A program made the translations under genes and the position numbers. From NCBI RefSeq assembly GCF_044704955.1, contig NC_091989.1, forward strand, positions 104,842,001 to 104,906,000: 64,000 nt of DNA, read 5' to 3'. How positions within the stretch are numbered: position 1 is the first letter of the stretch; each line of letters opens with the position of its first letter. Below are positions 51,571 to 64,000 of the stretch, piece by piece. The notes below the pieces were generated by a model. The model was not told the DNA's origin and ran no database searches. It worked only from the letters and a program-made list of their open reading frames with translations. The stretch comes from Pristiophorus japonicus (lineage: Eukaryota).

Positions 51571-54500
51571 TCATAGAAACATACAAACATAGAAACATAG
51601 AATATAGGTGTAGGAGTAGGCCATTCGGCCCTTCGAGCCTGCACCACCATTCACAAAGATCTTGGCTGATCATTCACCTCAGTATCCCTTTCCTGCTTTC
51701 TCTCCATACCCCTCGATACCTTTAGCCGTAAGGGCCATATCTAACTCCCTCTTGAATATATCCAAGAACTGGCATCAACAACTCTCTGTGGTAGGGAATT
51801 CCACAGGTTAACAACTCTTTGAGTGAAAACGTTTCTCCTCATCTCAGTCCTAAATGGCTTACCCTTATCCTTAGACTGTGTCCCCTGGTTCTGGACTTCC
51901 CCAACATCGGAAACATTCTTCCTGCATTTAACCTGTCCAGTCCCATCAGAATTTTATATGTTTCTTTGAGAGCCCCTCTCATCCTTCTAAACTCCAGGGA
52001 ATACATGCCCAGTCGATCGAGTCTCTCCTCATATGTCAGTCCTGCCATCCCAGGAATAAGTCTGGTGAACCTTTGCTGCACTCCCTCAATAGCAAGAACA
52101 TCCTTCCTCAGATTAGGAGATCAAAACTGAACAAAATATTCCAGGTGAGGCCTCAACAAGGCCCTGTACAACTGCAGTAAGACCTCACTGCTCCTATACT
52201 CAAATCCCCTAGCTACAAAGGCCAACATACCATTTTCCTTCTTCACCACCTGCTGTCCCTGCATGCCAACTTTCAATGACTGATGTACCACAACACCCAG
52301 GTCTCGTTGCACCTCCCCTTTTCCTAATCTGTTGCCATTCAGATAATATTCTGCCTCCGTGTTTTTGCCCCCAAAGTGGATAACCTCACATTTATCCATA
52401 TTATACTGCATCTGCCATGCATTTGCCCACCCACATATACTGCATCTGCCATGCATTTGCCCACTAACCTGTCCAAGTCACCCTGCACCCTCTTAGTGTC
52501 CTCCTCACAGCTCACACCACCACCCAGCTTAGTGTCATCTGAAAACTTGGAGATATTACACTCAATTAGTTCATCTCAATCATTAATGTATATTGTAAAT
52601 AGCTGGGGTCCCAACACTAAGCCCTGTGGCACCCCACTAATCACTGCCTGCCATTCTGAAAAGGACCCGTTTATCCCGATTCTCAGCTTAATGTCTGCCA
52701 ACAAGTTCTCTATCCACATCATTACATTACCTCCAAAACCATGTGCTTTAATTTTGCACACCAATCTCTCTTGTCAAAAGCCTTTTGAAAGTCCAAATAC
52801 ACCACTCCCTTGTCCACTCTACTAATTAAATCCTCAAAAAAATCCAGAAGTTTTGTCAAGCATGATTTCCCTTTCATAAATCCATGCTGACTTGGACCGA
52901 TCCTGTCACTGTTTTCCAAATGCGCTGCTATTTCATCTTTAATAATTGATTTCAACATTTTCCCCACTACTGATGTCAGGCTAACCAGTCTATAATTACC
53001 TGTTTTTTTCTCTCCCTCATTTTTTAAAAAGTGGTGTTACATTAGCTACCCTCCAGTCCATAGGAACTGATCCAGAGTCGATAGGCTGTTGGAAAATGAT
53101 CACCAATGCATCCACTATTTCTAGGGCCACTTCCTTAAGTACTCTGGGATGCAGACTATCAGGCCCCCAGGATTTATTGGCCTTCAATCCCATCAATTTT
53201 CCTAACACAATTTCCCGCCTAATAAGGATTTCCTTCAGTTCCTCCTTCTCACTAGAACCTCGGTCCCTTAGTATTTCCGGAAGGTTATTTGTGTCTTCCT
53301 TCATGAAGACAGAACTAAAGTATTTGTTCAACTGGTCTGCCATTTCTTTGTTCTCCATTATAAATTCATATGAATCTGACTGCAAGGGACCTACATTTGT
53401 CTTGACTAATCTTTTTCTCTTCACATATCTATAGAAGCTTTTGCAATCAGTTGTTATGTTCCTGGCAAGCTTCCTCTCATACTCTATTTCCCCTTCCTAA
53501 TTCAACTCTTTGTCCTCCTCTCTGAATTCTAAATTTCTCCCAGTCCTCAGGTTTGCTGCTTTGTTTGGCCAATTTATATGCCTCTTCCTTGGATTTAACA
53601 TTATCATTAATTTCCCTTGTTAGCCACGGTTTTGCCACCTTCCCCATTTTATTTTTACTCCAGACAGGGATGTACAATTGTTGAAGTTCATCCATGTGAT
53701 CATTAAATGTTTGCCATTGCCTATCCACCATCAACCCTTTAAGTATCATTTGGCTGTCTATTCTAGCCAATTCACGTCTCATACCATCGCATTTACCTTT
53801 CCTTAATTTCAGGACCTTAGTCTCTGAAGTAACTGTGTCACACTCCATCTTAAAGAGTTCTACCATATTATGGTCACTCTTCCCCAAGAGGCCTCGCACA
53901 ACAAGATTGCTAATTAGTCGGAGTGGCCAGAGCAGCGAGAGTTCGTCGTTGAGGAGCGGGAGGTCGGAGGGAGGCCTATAAAAGGCCTATCAGTTGGAGC
54001 GGCGGGAGTTCATCATCGAGGAGTGGGAGTTCTGAGGGAGGCCTATAAAAGACCCATCAGTCGGAGCGGCGGGAGTTCATCATCGAGGAGCGGGAGTTCG
54101 GAGGGAGGCCTATAAAAGACCCATCAGTCAGAGCGGCAGGAGTTCGTCGTAGAGGAGCGGGAGGTCGGAGCGACGCCTATAAAAGGCCCATCAGTTTGAG
54201 CGGCAGGAGTTCGTCATGAAGGAGCAGGAGGTCGGAGAGAGGCCTATAAAAGGCTCACCATTTGGAGCGGCGGGAGTTCATCAAGGAGCCCAGCTGGTGC
54301 AGCTGCAGGGAGAGAAGGCAAAAAAGAAGTAGAAAGAAATTGAAGGGTGGCATCACGGCCAGGGGGTAAGTGATTGGCTGGTGATTGGTGAGTAGTTTTT
54401 AAAAAAAATCTTTTCCTTTATTGGTAGGTAACCTTTATCATTATTGTTGCCAAATTAAGTTAATCTAGGGGTTAAGTCATGGCAGGAGAGTTCAGACATG

Positions 54501-56161
54501 TGTCATGCTCCTCCTGTGTTATATGGGCACTCAGGGATGCTTCCAGTGTCCCTGATGACTACATGTGCACGAAGTGTATCCTGCTGCAGCTCCTGACAGA
54601 CCGCATTGTGGCACTGGAGCTGCAGGTGGATTCACTCTGGAGCATCCGTGATGCTGAGGATGCCGTGAATAGCATGTTTAGTGAGTTGGTCATGCTGCTG
54701 GTAAAGGTTACACAGACAGATATGGAATGGGTGACCAACAGGAAGAGCAGTGGAAGGAAGGTATTGCAGAGGTCTCCTGCAGTCATCCCCCTTCAAAACC
54801 GATACACCATTTTGGGTACTGTTGGGGGTGATGACTTATCAGGGGAGGGCAACAGCAGCCAAGTCCATGGCACCATGGGTGGCTCTGCTGCACAGGAGGG
54901 CAGGAAAAAGAGTGGGAGAGCTATAGTGGTAGGGGATTCTATTGTAAGGGGAATAGATAGATGTTTCTGTGGCCGCAATCGAGACTGCAGGATGGTATGT
55001 TGCCTCTCTGGTGCAAGGGTCAAGGTTGTCTCGGAGCAGCTGCAGGACATTTTGGAGGGGGAGGATGAATAGCTAGTTGTTGTGGTGCATATAGGTACCA
55101 ACGATATAGGTAAAAAAATGGGATGCGGTCCTACAAGCTGAATTTAGGGAGCTAGGAGTTAAATTGAAAAGTATGAACTCAAAGGTAGTAATCTCAGCAT
55201 TGCTACCAGTGCCATGTGCTAGTCAGAATAGGAATCGCAGGATAGCTCAGATGAATACGTGGCTTGAGGAGTGGTGCAGAAGGGAGGGGTTCAAATTCCT
55301 GGGACATCTGAACCAGTTGTAGGGGCGGTGGGACCAGTACAAACCAGATGGTCTGCACCTGGGCAGGACCGGAACCAATATCCTAGGGGGAGTGTTTGTT
55401 AGTGCTAGTGGGGAGGGGTTAAACTAATATGGCAGGGGGATGGGAACCTATGCTGGGAGACAGCGTGAGGTAGAATGGGGCAGAAGCAAAAGATAGAAAG
55501 AAGAAAAGTAAAAGAGGAGGGCAGAGAAACCGAAGGCAAAAATCAAAAAGGGCCACATTACAGCAAAATTCTAAAGGGGCAAATTGTGTTAAAAAGACAA
55601 GCTAAAGGCTCTGTGCCTCAATGCAAGGAGTATTTGTAATAAGGTGGATGAATTAACTGCACAGGCGGCAATATGATATAATTGGCATCACAGAGACATG
55701 GCTCCAGGGTGACCAAGGCTGGGAATTCAACATCCAGGGATATTCAACATTCGGGAAGGATAGACAGAAAGGAAAAGGAAGTGGGGTAGCGTTGCCAGTT
55801 AAAGAGGAAATTAATGCAATAGTAAGGAAGGACATTAACTTGGATGATGTGGAATCTGTATGGGTGGAGCTGCAGAATACCAAAGGGCAGAAAACGCTAG
55901 TGGGAGTTGTGTAATGACCACCAAACAGTAGTAGTGAGGTCGGGGACAGCATCAATCAAGAAATTAGGTATGCGTGCAATAAACATACAGCAGTTATCAT
56001 GGGCAACTTTAATATACATATAGATTGGGCTAACCAAACTGGTAGCAATACGGTGGAGGAGGATGTCCTGGAGTATATTAGGGATGGTTTTCTAGACCAA
56101 TATATCGAGGAACCAACTAGAGGGCTGGCCATCCTAGACTGGGTGATGTGTAATGAGAAAG
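51571..56161. mobile_element. Near full-length CR1 with inverted 5' half: 3' part on - (51571-53919), 5' UTR/ORF1/APE on + (53920-56161)
   Basis: ORF1 with zinc finger and esterase-like domain (VSCSSC...CTKC, IVVGDSIVR) from 54479; APE to 56161 joins in frame to the minus-strand part starting at 53919. Confidence 0.88.
53925..54290 (+). repeat. 67-bp tandem repeat (about 5.5 units) at the CR1 5' end, each unit with TATAAAA
   Basis: TATA at 53977, 54044, 54111, 54178 and 54245. Confidence 0.92.
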
Positions 56162-56527
56162 GCAGCAATAGTTTCCGCCTGAGGAAAGAGATCAACTGTG
56201 AGGTAAGAGCTATTGTAGTACATTTCATGCTGTCAACCAGTCAGCTGGACCAATGGCTACTCAACTCCCACCTCAGGTTGTCAGATGTGGTTCCTGATCT
56301 GCATGAATTCTGTGGTCATGCAGGGAAATTTGAAAGGTAGGCTAAAAAAGGCATCTGACAACAAGCTGATCATTTTTATTAGCTCGCCCGCCTCTGCTGT
56401 TTCCGTCGATGTCACACCAGCAGACACGCCCAAGGGAAAGGTTCCGACATGCTCCAACTTATTTTAAGTTACCCAGCTGACCCACCTCCGATCATGCCCA
56501 CACAGAACTCAGAAAATTCTGGCCTAT

Positions 56528-58590
56528 GATATGATTAGGCAGGGTCAACACGGTTTTATAAAAGGGAAATCGTGTTTGACAAAACTATTAGAGGTTTTTG
56601 AGGGTGGAGCTGACTTTCAAAAGGTATTCAATAAGATGCCCCACAAGAGATTGTTACAGAAGATTAGGTCTCATGGGATTGGGGATAACATATTAGCATG
56701 GATTGTAAATTGGTTAACATACAGAAAACAGAGATTAGGAATAAACGGGTAATTTTCAGGTTGGCAGGTTGTAACTAGTGGGTTGTCGCAACAATCAGAA
56801 TTGGACCTCAGCAATTTATAGTTTATATCAATGGCTTAGATGAGGAGACCGAGTCTAATATATCCTAGTTTCCTGATGATACAAAGCTAAGTGGGAAAGT
56901 AAACTGTGAGGAGGATGGAAAGGGGCTGTAAAGGGATATAGATGATCCCAAGAAGATGATTGGGCAAGATGATGGCAGGAGGCGTATAAGTGGAAAATGT
57001 GAAATTAGCCACTTTGGTAGGAAGAATAGAAAAATTGAATAATTTTTTAAAGGTGAGGGACTAGTTAATGTTGGCATTCAGAGAGATTTGTGTGTTCTTG
57101 TACATGAATCAAAGAAAGTTAATATGCAGGTACAGTAAGCTGTTAGGAAGGCAATTGGTATGTTAGTCTTTATTGCAAGAAGGTTGGAGTATAAGAGTAA
57201 GGAAGTCTTGCGCAAATATATCGCGCTTTTGTGAGACCATAGCTGAATTATTGTGTACAGTTTTCGTGGCCGAAATTCAGCTCTCCAATAAGGCCTGTTC
57301 CCGCCCGTTTGCAGCGGAGTCGAGCGGCTGCTGATTTCTGATCAAATGGCTGCCACAAGCTAAATTCAGCTCGGTGGTTTTTCTGATGGTCCCCACTTCC
57401 GCCCCGCCTCTGCCAACCAGCCATGCGTGCGTCATCATTGCGTTCACTGCTGAGAGCCCCCACCTCCCACGAAATTTAGCGAGCAAAATCTTATTGCTGC
57501 CGAGCGGTGCCCCCGAAAGCTTTTTCTGTTGGTGCACCTTGTATTCTCTCTCTCTGCCTGGCTGTGCAGTGGCCATTAAAAGCGAGGGCCCAATGCTGCT
57601 TCTGCCATTTTATTTTTTTTGCCGGACGATTTCCATGTCGGTCGGACTATCGTGCCCCGGGTTTGGCCGGGCCGCCAACTGGCAACCAGACACCCCCTTT
57701 TGGGTGCCAGACCACTGGCCCGGCCAAAACCTTCCCTGGTGGGCCAGTATCCGATCGTGACTGATGGCGGATTCTCTCCCATTTAACGGAGGTGAGATAC
57801 ATGGTGACGCAGACGCGCATTGATATCACCACCGCTCCGCTACTGAGTGACAGCGGCGGAGAATCCGTCCCGCCTCCTCTTCCACCCCTCACAAGCACTT
57901 ACCTCTACATTTCTGCCCCCTTTATGACCGACTTCCTGCCGATTGGAAAAAGAAGACAGAGCTGAATTTTGCAAATGAGCGGACCTCTTCTGAAACGGTG
58001 ATAAAAACTCTTCAAAAAAGGTAGGCGCGCCACATTTCCAGTGGAACTAAATTTTGGCTCCTCAATCTCCTTATCTAAGGAAGAATATACTTGTCTCAGA
58101 GAGGATGTAACAAAAGTTCACTGGATTGAGTCCTGGGAAGAGAGCGCTTTCCTATGAGAAGAGATTGAGTACAATGGGAATATATTCTCTACTGTTTATA
58201 AGAATGAAAGGTGATCTCATTGAAACATAGAAAATTCTTAACGGGCTTGACAGAGTAGCTATTAAGAGGCTTTATCCCCATGCTGGAGAATCTAGAGCTA
58301 GGAGCCATAATCTCAGGGTAAGTGGTAAGCCATTTAGGACTGAGATGAAGAGAAATTTAATCACTCAGAGGTTGATGAACCTTTGGAGTTCTTGAGGGCT
58401 GTGAATGCTCAGTCATTGAGTATATTCAAGACTGAGAGTGATAGATTTTGGAAACTAATGGAATGAAGGCATTATGGGGACAGGGAGGTAAAGGTGAGTT
58501 TACATAGAAGATTAGCCATGATCTTATTAAATGGTGGAGCAGCTTGAGAGGGTCATATGGCCTACTCCTGCTCCTATTTCTTATGTTTTT
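56528..58590 (+). mobile_element. Old CR1 interrupted by a Harbinger-like MITE (about 57267-58060)
   Basis: QHGFIKGKSCLT motif; the 'CVQF...SPYL' region resumes after the GC-rich insert. Confidence 0.78.
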
Positions 58591-59589
58591 ACGTTATTAT
58601 AATGTTGACCAGGAGTAAAAACTTTTAATGACCCTGTCATTAATGGTACTCAGTTGTAAAGCTTCCAACTTTCTGGCAAATTTTAAAGTATTGGGAGGAT
58701 CCATCATGCACTAGACATCAAAATGTTAAAGGTATACAAAACAGCTAAAGTAAGGCATGTGGGATGAAAGTCAACTTCAGCGAGGCACAAAACAGGTGAT
58801 AGCTGTTCAGCTACACATGTTACATCCCACACAATTTTTAGCAGGGCGTGTAACAGGCAGCCATGCTACTATCACCCATTTTGCACCGATCCCAAAGTTG
58901 AATTTCACTCCCATGCTGATTTTTTGACCAGAACCAAAATTTACAAATCATTGGCAATGTGCAGCCTCTTCTCACAAAATAGCAATTAAACTTGGATTGA
59001 CCTCAAAACTTATGTCAAGCACTTCTCTGGAGTACCTGAGCAGTGCCCTTAAAGGAATGTCAGGTTACCTGCTGAACATCACAACTGTGCCCCAGACTCC
59101 ACGCTACCATATGCAATGACACAACAGATCAATTCATCATTGTTAAAAATTATCACTCTGAAGCAGCTTTGTGATGTCATCCATGGTACTATGATCATTA
59201 TTTTCATTGGCTTGTGATTGTCATTGTGAACAGTAGCCAATGAGTTGGCTAGAAGGCAACAACCATTTTGGGGTAATTATAACGCTCAGCATCGGTGTAA
59301 AATGAATGATATCGGATTGGTCATCCATTATACACCTTACCCAATTTTGCATTCCAATGACTGCAATGGAAAGGAAAATTGGGCAAGATTCATAACAGGT
59401 GGCCAATTCAATATTGCCTGTTTCACGTCATCGCAGAAAATTAATAGTAGTCCAATTACATCACCTTATCCAGTGCCAAGAACCAATCAATCAGCGGCTT
59501 AGACATGACAGTTATTCATTTTTGTTTGACAAAATAACTAATTGGAGTAAATTTTTGTGCTTATCAACAACAGTAGAGAGAAATCTAGA

Positions 59590-61385
59590 ATGCTAAAGAG
59601 AAAAGGAAAGGAAGCAATGCAGGAAAGTGATTGTGGTAAGGATAACCAGATTATGTCAGGAAGGGACAGAGCTGACAAACAAAGGAGTGCACTTACAAAT
59701 AGGGTCCAGGTAAGAAAAAATAGCGATAAGACAAATAGAGCTATAGTACAAAATAATGTTAAGATGTCTAATAATGTTAAAAACACAAATTTAAAAGCAT
59801 TGTATCTGAATGCATCGGTAATAAGGTAGATGAATTAACAGCGCAAATAGATGTAAACGGATACGATATAGTTGCAATTATGGAGACATGGTTGCAGGGT
59901 GACCAGGGTTGGGAACTGAATATCCAAGGATATTCGATATTTAGGATGGACAGGCAAAAATGAAGAGGGGCTAGTGTGGCATTGTAAGTGAAAGATGAAA
60001 TCAGAGCAATAGTGAGAAAGGATATTGGCTCAGAAAATAAGTAGAATCAGTCTGGTGGAGCTAAGGAGCACCAAGGTGCAGAAAACATTGGTGGGAGTTG
60101 TCTACAGTAGCGGTAGTGTAGGGGACGGCATCAAACAGGAAATTAGAGATGCATGTAGCAAGGGTACTATAGTAATCGTAGGTGACATTAATCTACATAT
60201 AGACTGGCCAAACCAAATTAGTAATAATACTGTGGCAGATGAATTCCTGGAGTATGTACGAGATGTTTTTTTTAGACCAGTATGTTGAGATGCCTACTAG
60301 GGAACAAGCTATCCTAGACTGGGTATTGTGTAATGAGAAGGGGTTAATTGGTTAACTGACAGGAAACAGAGAGTAGGAATAAATGAGTTTTTTTCAGTGT
60401 GGCGGGCAGTGACTAGTGGGGTACCACAGGGATCAGTGCTTGGGCCCCAGCTATTCACAATATATATAAATGATTTGGATGAGGAACCAAATGTAATATT
60501 TCCAAGTTTGTTGATGACACAAAACTAGGTGGGATTGTGAGTTGTGAGGAGGATGCAAAGACGCTGCAAGGCGATTTAGATCAGTTGAGTGAGTGGGCAA
60601 AGACATGGCAGTATAACGTGGAGAAATGTGAAGTTATCCACTTTAGTAGGAAAAAATAAGGACAAATTCTTATTTAAATAGTGATGGCTTGGGAACTGTT
60701 GACGTACAGAGAGAACTGGGTGCCCTTGTACACCAGTTATTGAAAGCAAACATGCAGATGCAGCAAGCAGTTAGGAAGGCAAATTGTACGTTGGCATTCA
60801 TTGCAAGAGGATTTGAGTACAGGAGCAAGGATGTCTTACTACAGTTATACAGGGCCTTGGTGAGACCGCACCTGGAGTACTGTGTGCAGTTTTGATCTCC
60901 GTACCTAAGAAAGGATATACTTGCCATAGAGGGAGTGTAGCCTGATTTCTGGGATGGCAGGACAGTCGTACGAGGAGAGATTGAGTTGACTAGGCCTGTA
61001 TTCACTAGAGTTCAGAAGAATGAGAGGGGATTTCATTAAAACATATAAAATTATGACTGGATTGGATAGACTGGATGCGGGGAGGATATTTCCCCTGGCT
61101 GGGAAGTCGAAAACAAGGGGTCAGTTTCAGGATATGGGGTAGGAAATTTAGGACTGAGAAGAGGAGAAATATTTCACTCAAAGGGTGGTGAACCTGTGGA
61201 ATTCTCTATCACAGAAGGCTGTGGAGGCCAAGTCACTGAATATATTTAAGAGGGAAATAGATAGATTTCTAGAAAAGGCATCAAGTGGTATGAGGAAAAA
61301 GCAGGAATATGGTGTTGAGATAGAGGATCAGCAATGATCATATTGAATGGCGATGCAGACTCGAAGGGCTGAATGGCCTACTATA
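59590..61385 (+). mobile_element. CR1 with a large internal deletion at about 60350
   Basis: The end of the APE region joins directly to the RT 'ttggttaactgacagg' region; 3' end present. Confidence 0.85.
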
Positions 61386-61386
61386 T

Positions 61387-61944
61387 TGTATGGGGTAAAT
61401 CACATAGGGTTAATTATGATATTTAGTCATTTCATAGGGTGTCTCTGCTCCCATGCCCCGTAGAATGTTGTTGCTATTTCGAGAGAGAGAGAGGGAAGCG
61501 ACCTTGAGATGCACACCAGCTTGTTATGAGACGGTCCGCGGCTTGAGCTCTCATGCTTTGTGGACAAGCACCTGGGGCCTTACAGATTAGGAGTTGGCCA
61601 AAAGCCACACGCACCCATGTTTTGTTCAATAGTATATTTATTTGATAGTATAAAGGTACAGCACTGTCCCGTAGCTCTTCGAACTTCGCCTTGGACCGTG
61701 ATTCGCGAGCGGTGCCGCGACCCCCCAATGCTCCAGACCAGCCGTCGCTTGTGGAGTTCCCGACGGGCAGAAGGCCGTGAGCGTTGTTGCATCTTATCAT
61801 ACTTCTCTTTTCTTCATAAACTGCATTATTAATGTTTCTTTTCTCTCAGTAAATGGTAGCTTATTCTTTACTGCATTTGTCTTGTCTCTTATTTAACATT
61901 CATCCAGATCCTGAACCTGGGTCTATTATTATTGATCCAAAACA
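61387..61944 (+). mobile_element. 5' LTR of an endogenous retrovirus
   Basis: TG...CA termini, TATAAA at about 61649, immediately followed by a PBS; the 5' boundary is inferred from where the CR1 tail stops. Confidence 0.72.
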
Positions 61945-61947
61945 TTT

Positions 61948-61965
61948 TGGCGTCACGAACAGGAT
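61948..61965 (+). other. Primer binding site complementary to tRNA-Ser(CGA)
   Basis: TGGCGTCACGAACAGGAT is the reverse complement of a vertebrate tRNA-Ser(CGA) 3' end as I recall it (ATCCTGTTCGTGACG+CCA). Confidence 0.8.
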
Positions 61966-61972
61966 CTGGTAA

Positions 61973-64000
61973 AATGTTTAAGAGAAAAGACAAAAAGCAG
62001 TCTCCTCCTGCGGGAGAGAAGTATAGAATACCAGGGTGGAGCACGAGGGATGAGGGTTTTGGCTCTCTTGCCAAGGTGCTAGCCCAGTTTGGACCCCCAC
62101 AACATGGGGATACACCGTTATTGGAACAGAACAAAGATAGAGCCGTACCCCACGCGATACTGTCTCTCCTGGAGGAAGCGGGCTTCCCACAGGAGAAAAA
62201 TAGTCCCCCAGAAATGGGATGGATTTTGTTGATAGCCTGAAGGGCGATGTGTAAACAACTGAAGGAAAGTGAGGCAGAAAACCTACAGTTTAAAAACAGC
62301 TGTTAAGGTTTTGAAAAGTCAAAACTCAACCCTGACTGAAGCGGTCTGCACTGCACAAGAACGGGCTGACAAGGTCAATGAATAATCAGAAACTTTAATA
62401 TGCCATCTGGCGACAGTACAAATTAAAAAGAAAGCTAGACGATGGAAATTACAGCTGGATTTGAAATATATCTTTTGTATTGCACTGATCTGCTGCTGCA
62501 TGTGGTATGGGCTTGCTCAATTAGATCCCAGTGAGTGTTTAAAAGCCCATGCAAAATCATGTGGGGAATGTATACAAGCTGGAAAAAATGGAGAGAGGGG
62601 GGAATAGGAGGAAACTAAAGACCCTCCCCCATACGCTCCGAGCATGGAAGCTAGACCTCTTACGACAAATAAGACGAAACAGCAAGATGGGGAACAGCTG
62701 GTAACCACTGGAGGGGTGCGTGACTTCACCACTAGTGAGTTACAAGAAATGGTTACTGTAGGGGTCCGGCAAAAATATCCCTCTGATTGGGAAGGGGAGG
62801 TAAAACCTTGGACTACTATGGCGGAGGGTGCGATACAGTTGTGCAACATGGCAACACAGGGAGGAATATATCACCAACAATCTGTGGGGCCAGATCAGGA
62901 GCTCTTTACGGCAGGAATGCGGAGCAGGCTGATGAAGAGTGGACCTCCTATGATGAGGGGTACGCTGCTGGCATTATTGGGACCAACCCAAGGGCAGCAG
63001 GTGGGGCACGCCTGCCTATTGTTAGGACAGTTAGAGGATGTAGAAGATCTCCTCGACTAGGGGTGTGGCCGGCATCCGGGAGCACCCCCCGTTAGAACCA
63101 CATCAACCCAAGCTCCCAGGGATCTGAGGCCACACATTCCGATTACTTACCTGGCAGGGGAGTAACCGTAATAAGCTTTGTTGAATGAAGAAAGAATTTG
63201 TGAATGTCTGTCTGTGAATGAAAGCGCTTTTGTGATTTCTTGACTGAAAAATGAATTTTTCATGTGCCTGAAAGTCTGTTTGGAAAAATAGTGGGGCTGT
63301 CTGTTTGTTTTAGCTCCACCCACTTTTTCAAACAGAGTGAAGGTTTTTTTAACCCTTCGTAGTGTTGTCCTCTATGTGGGAAGTCTTCAGAAGGTGTGAA
63401 CCTTACAGGCGAAACCATACAAGCGCTCTTGGGGGCGGGTATTATTAGACATGCAGTGTCCCCCTACAATAGCCCTGTTTGGCCTGTGCAGAAACCCGAC
63501 AAAAGTTGGAGGATGACTGTGGACTACCGACAACTGAACAAATTTGCCTTTCCCCTGGCAACCGCTGTCCCAGATGTAGTAACTATAACAGAGCGGCTGT
63601 TTGAAGAAGGTGCGGAGTGGTATGCGGTAATCGACCTGGCCAATGAGACACATAAGGTCGGGTGAGCACAGCAAAGCTCCATAGTGCACTGGAAATGGTA
63701 TATCGCAAGTAAAGGAAAAGAAGGAATCACCCGACTACATGAGCATGTGGCTGAATACCCACAAACAGCTGAGAGTGAATTTACGCAGTCGTCTGTCAGT
63801 TTAACCCAGGAGTCACCGATCTCCTGGGGCATGTGTTTTGAACAGTTAACACCTGAAGAGCGTAGGCATGCCTGGTTCACAGATGGCTCAGCGGTCTGGC
63901 GAAATGGCCTTCGGCGATGGCGAGCCACTGCCTTCAATCCAAAAACCCAGACAATTGTGCATGATGATTGATATCGATTGGTCAAATCAAATCGCATGGG
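61973..64000 (+). pseudogene. Class III (ERV-L/ERV-S-like) gag-pro-pol remnants, internally deleted, running off window end
   Basis: RT N-terminus SPYNSPVWPVQKPDKSWRMTVDYRQLN...AVPDV...WYAVIDLAN; connection/RNase H WKWYI...AWFTDGSA; protease start RDLRPHIPIT. Confidence 0.88.

Noticed and set aside
53925-54290. CRISPR-like array
   Set aside because: Whole units repeat with no unique spacers; eukaryotic LINE context

Overview
This is vertebrate genomic DNA, most likely from a cartilaginous fish (shark), judged from its repeat families (CR1 LINEs, Deu-domain tRNA SINEs, Penelope, Harbinger, RTE); the species cannot be determined. Most of the window is decayed or nested transposable elements. 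It contains one well-supported host gene, largely missed by the ORF track: an 8-exon, 378-aa immunoglobulin-superfamily receptor on + (CDS 31410-45531). Its architecture is leader, germline-joined VJ domain, C1-set domain, uncharged TM, and a tail built from three tandemly duplicated ITIM exons, i.e. a non-rearranging, antigen-receptor-like, SIRP-alpha-like inhibitory receptor. Two of the ITIM exons end at a CAG|GTA donor that completes an ITSM (TxYxxV) only when splicing is skipped, suggesting a splice-controlled ITIM/ITSM switch. Other notable items: two PIF/Harbinger transposons nested with CR1s, a full-length RTE with a 14-bp TSD inside the receptor's intron 6, a near full-length CR1 with a precise 5' inversion and a 67-bp TATA-repeat 5' end, a Penelope remnant with hammerhead-ribozyme-like cores, a repeat-filled Tc1/mariner-type MITE, and a class III (ERV-L/S-like) endogenous retrovirus with a tRNA-Ser PBS and an in-frame gag amber read-through site. 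All coordinates were read by eye; TE boundaries are approximate unless TIRs or TSDs are cited.
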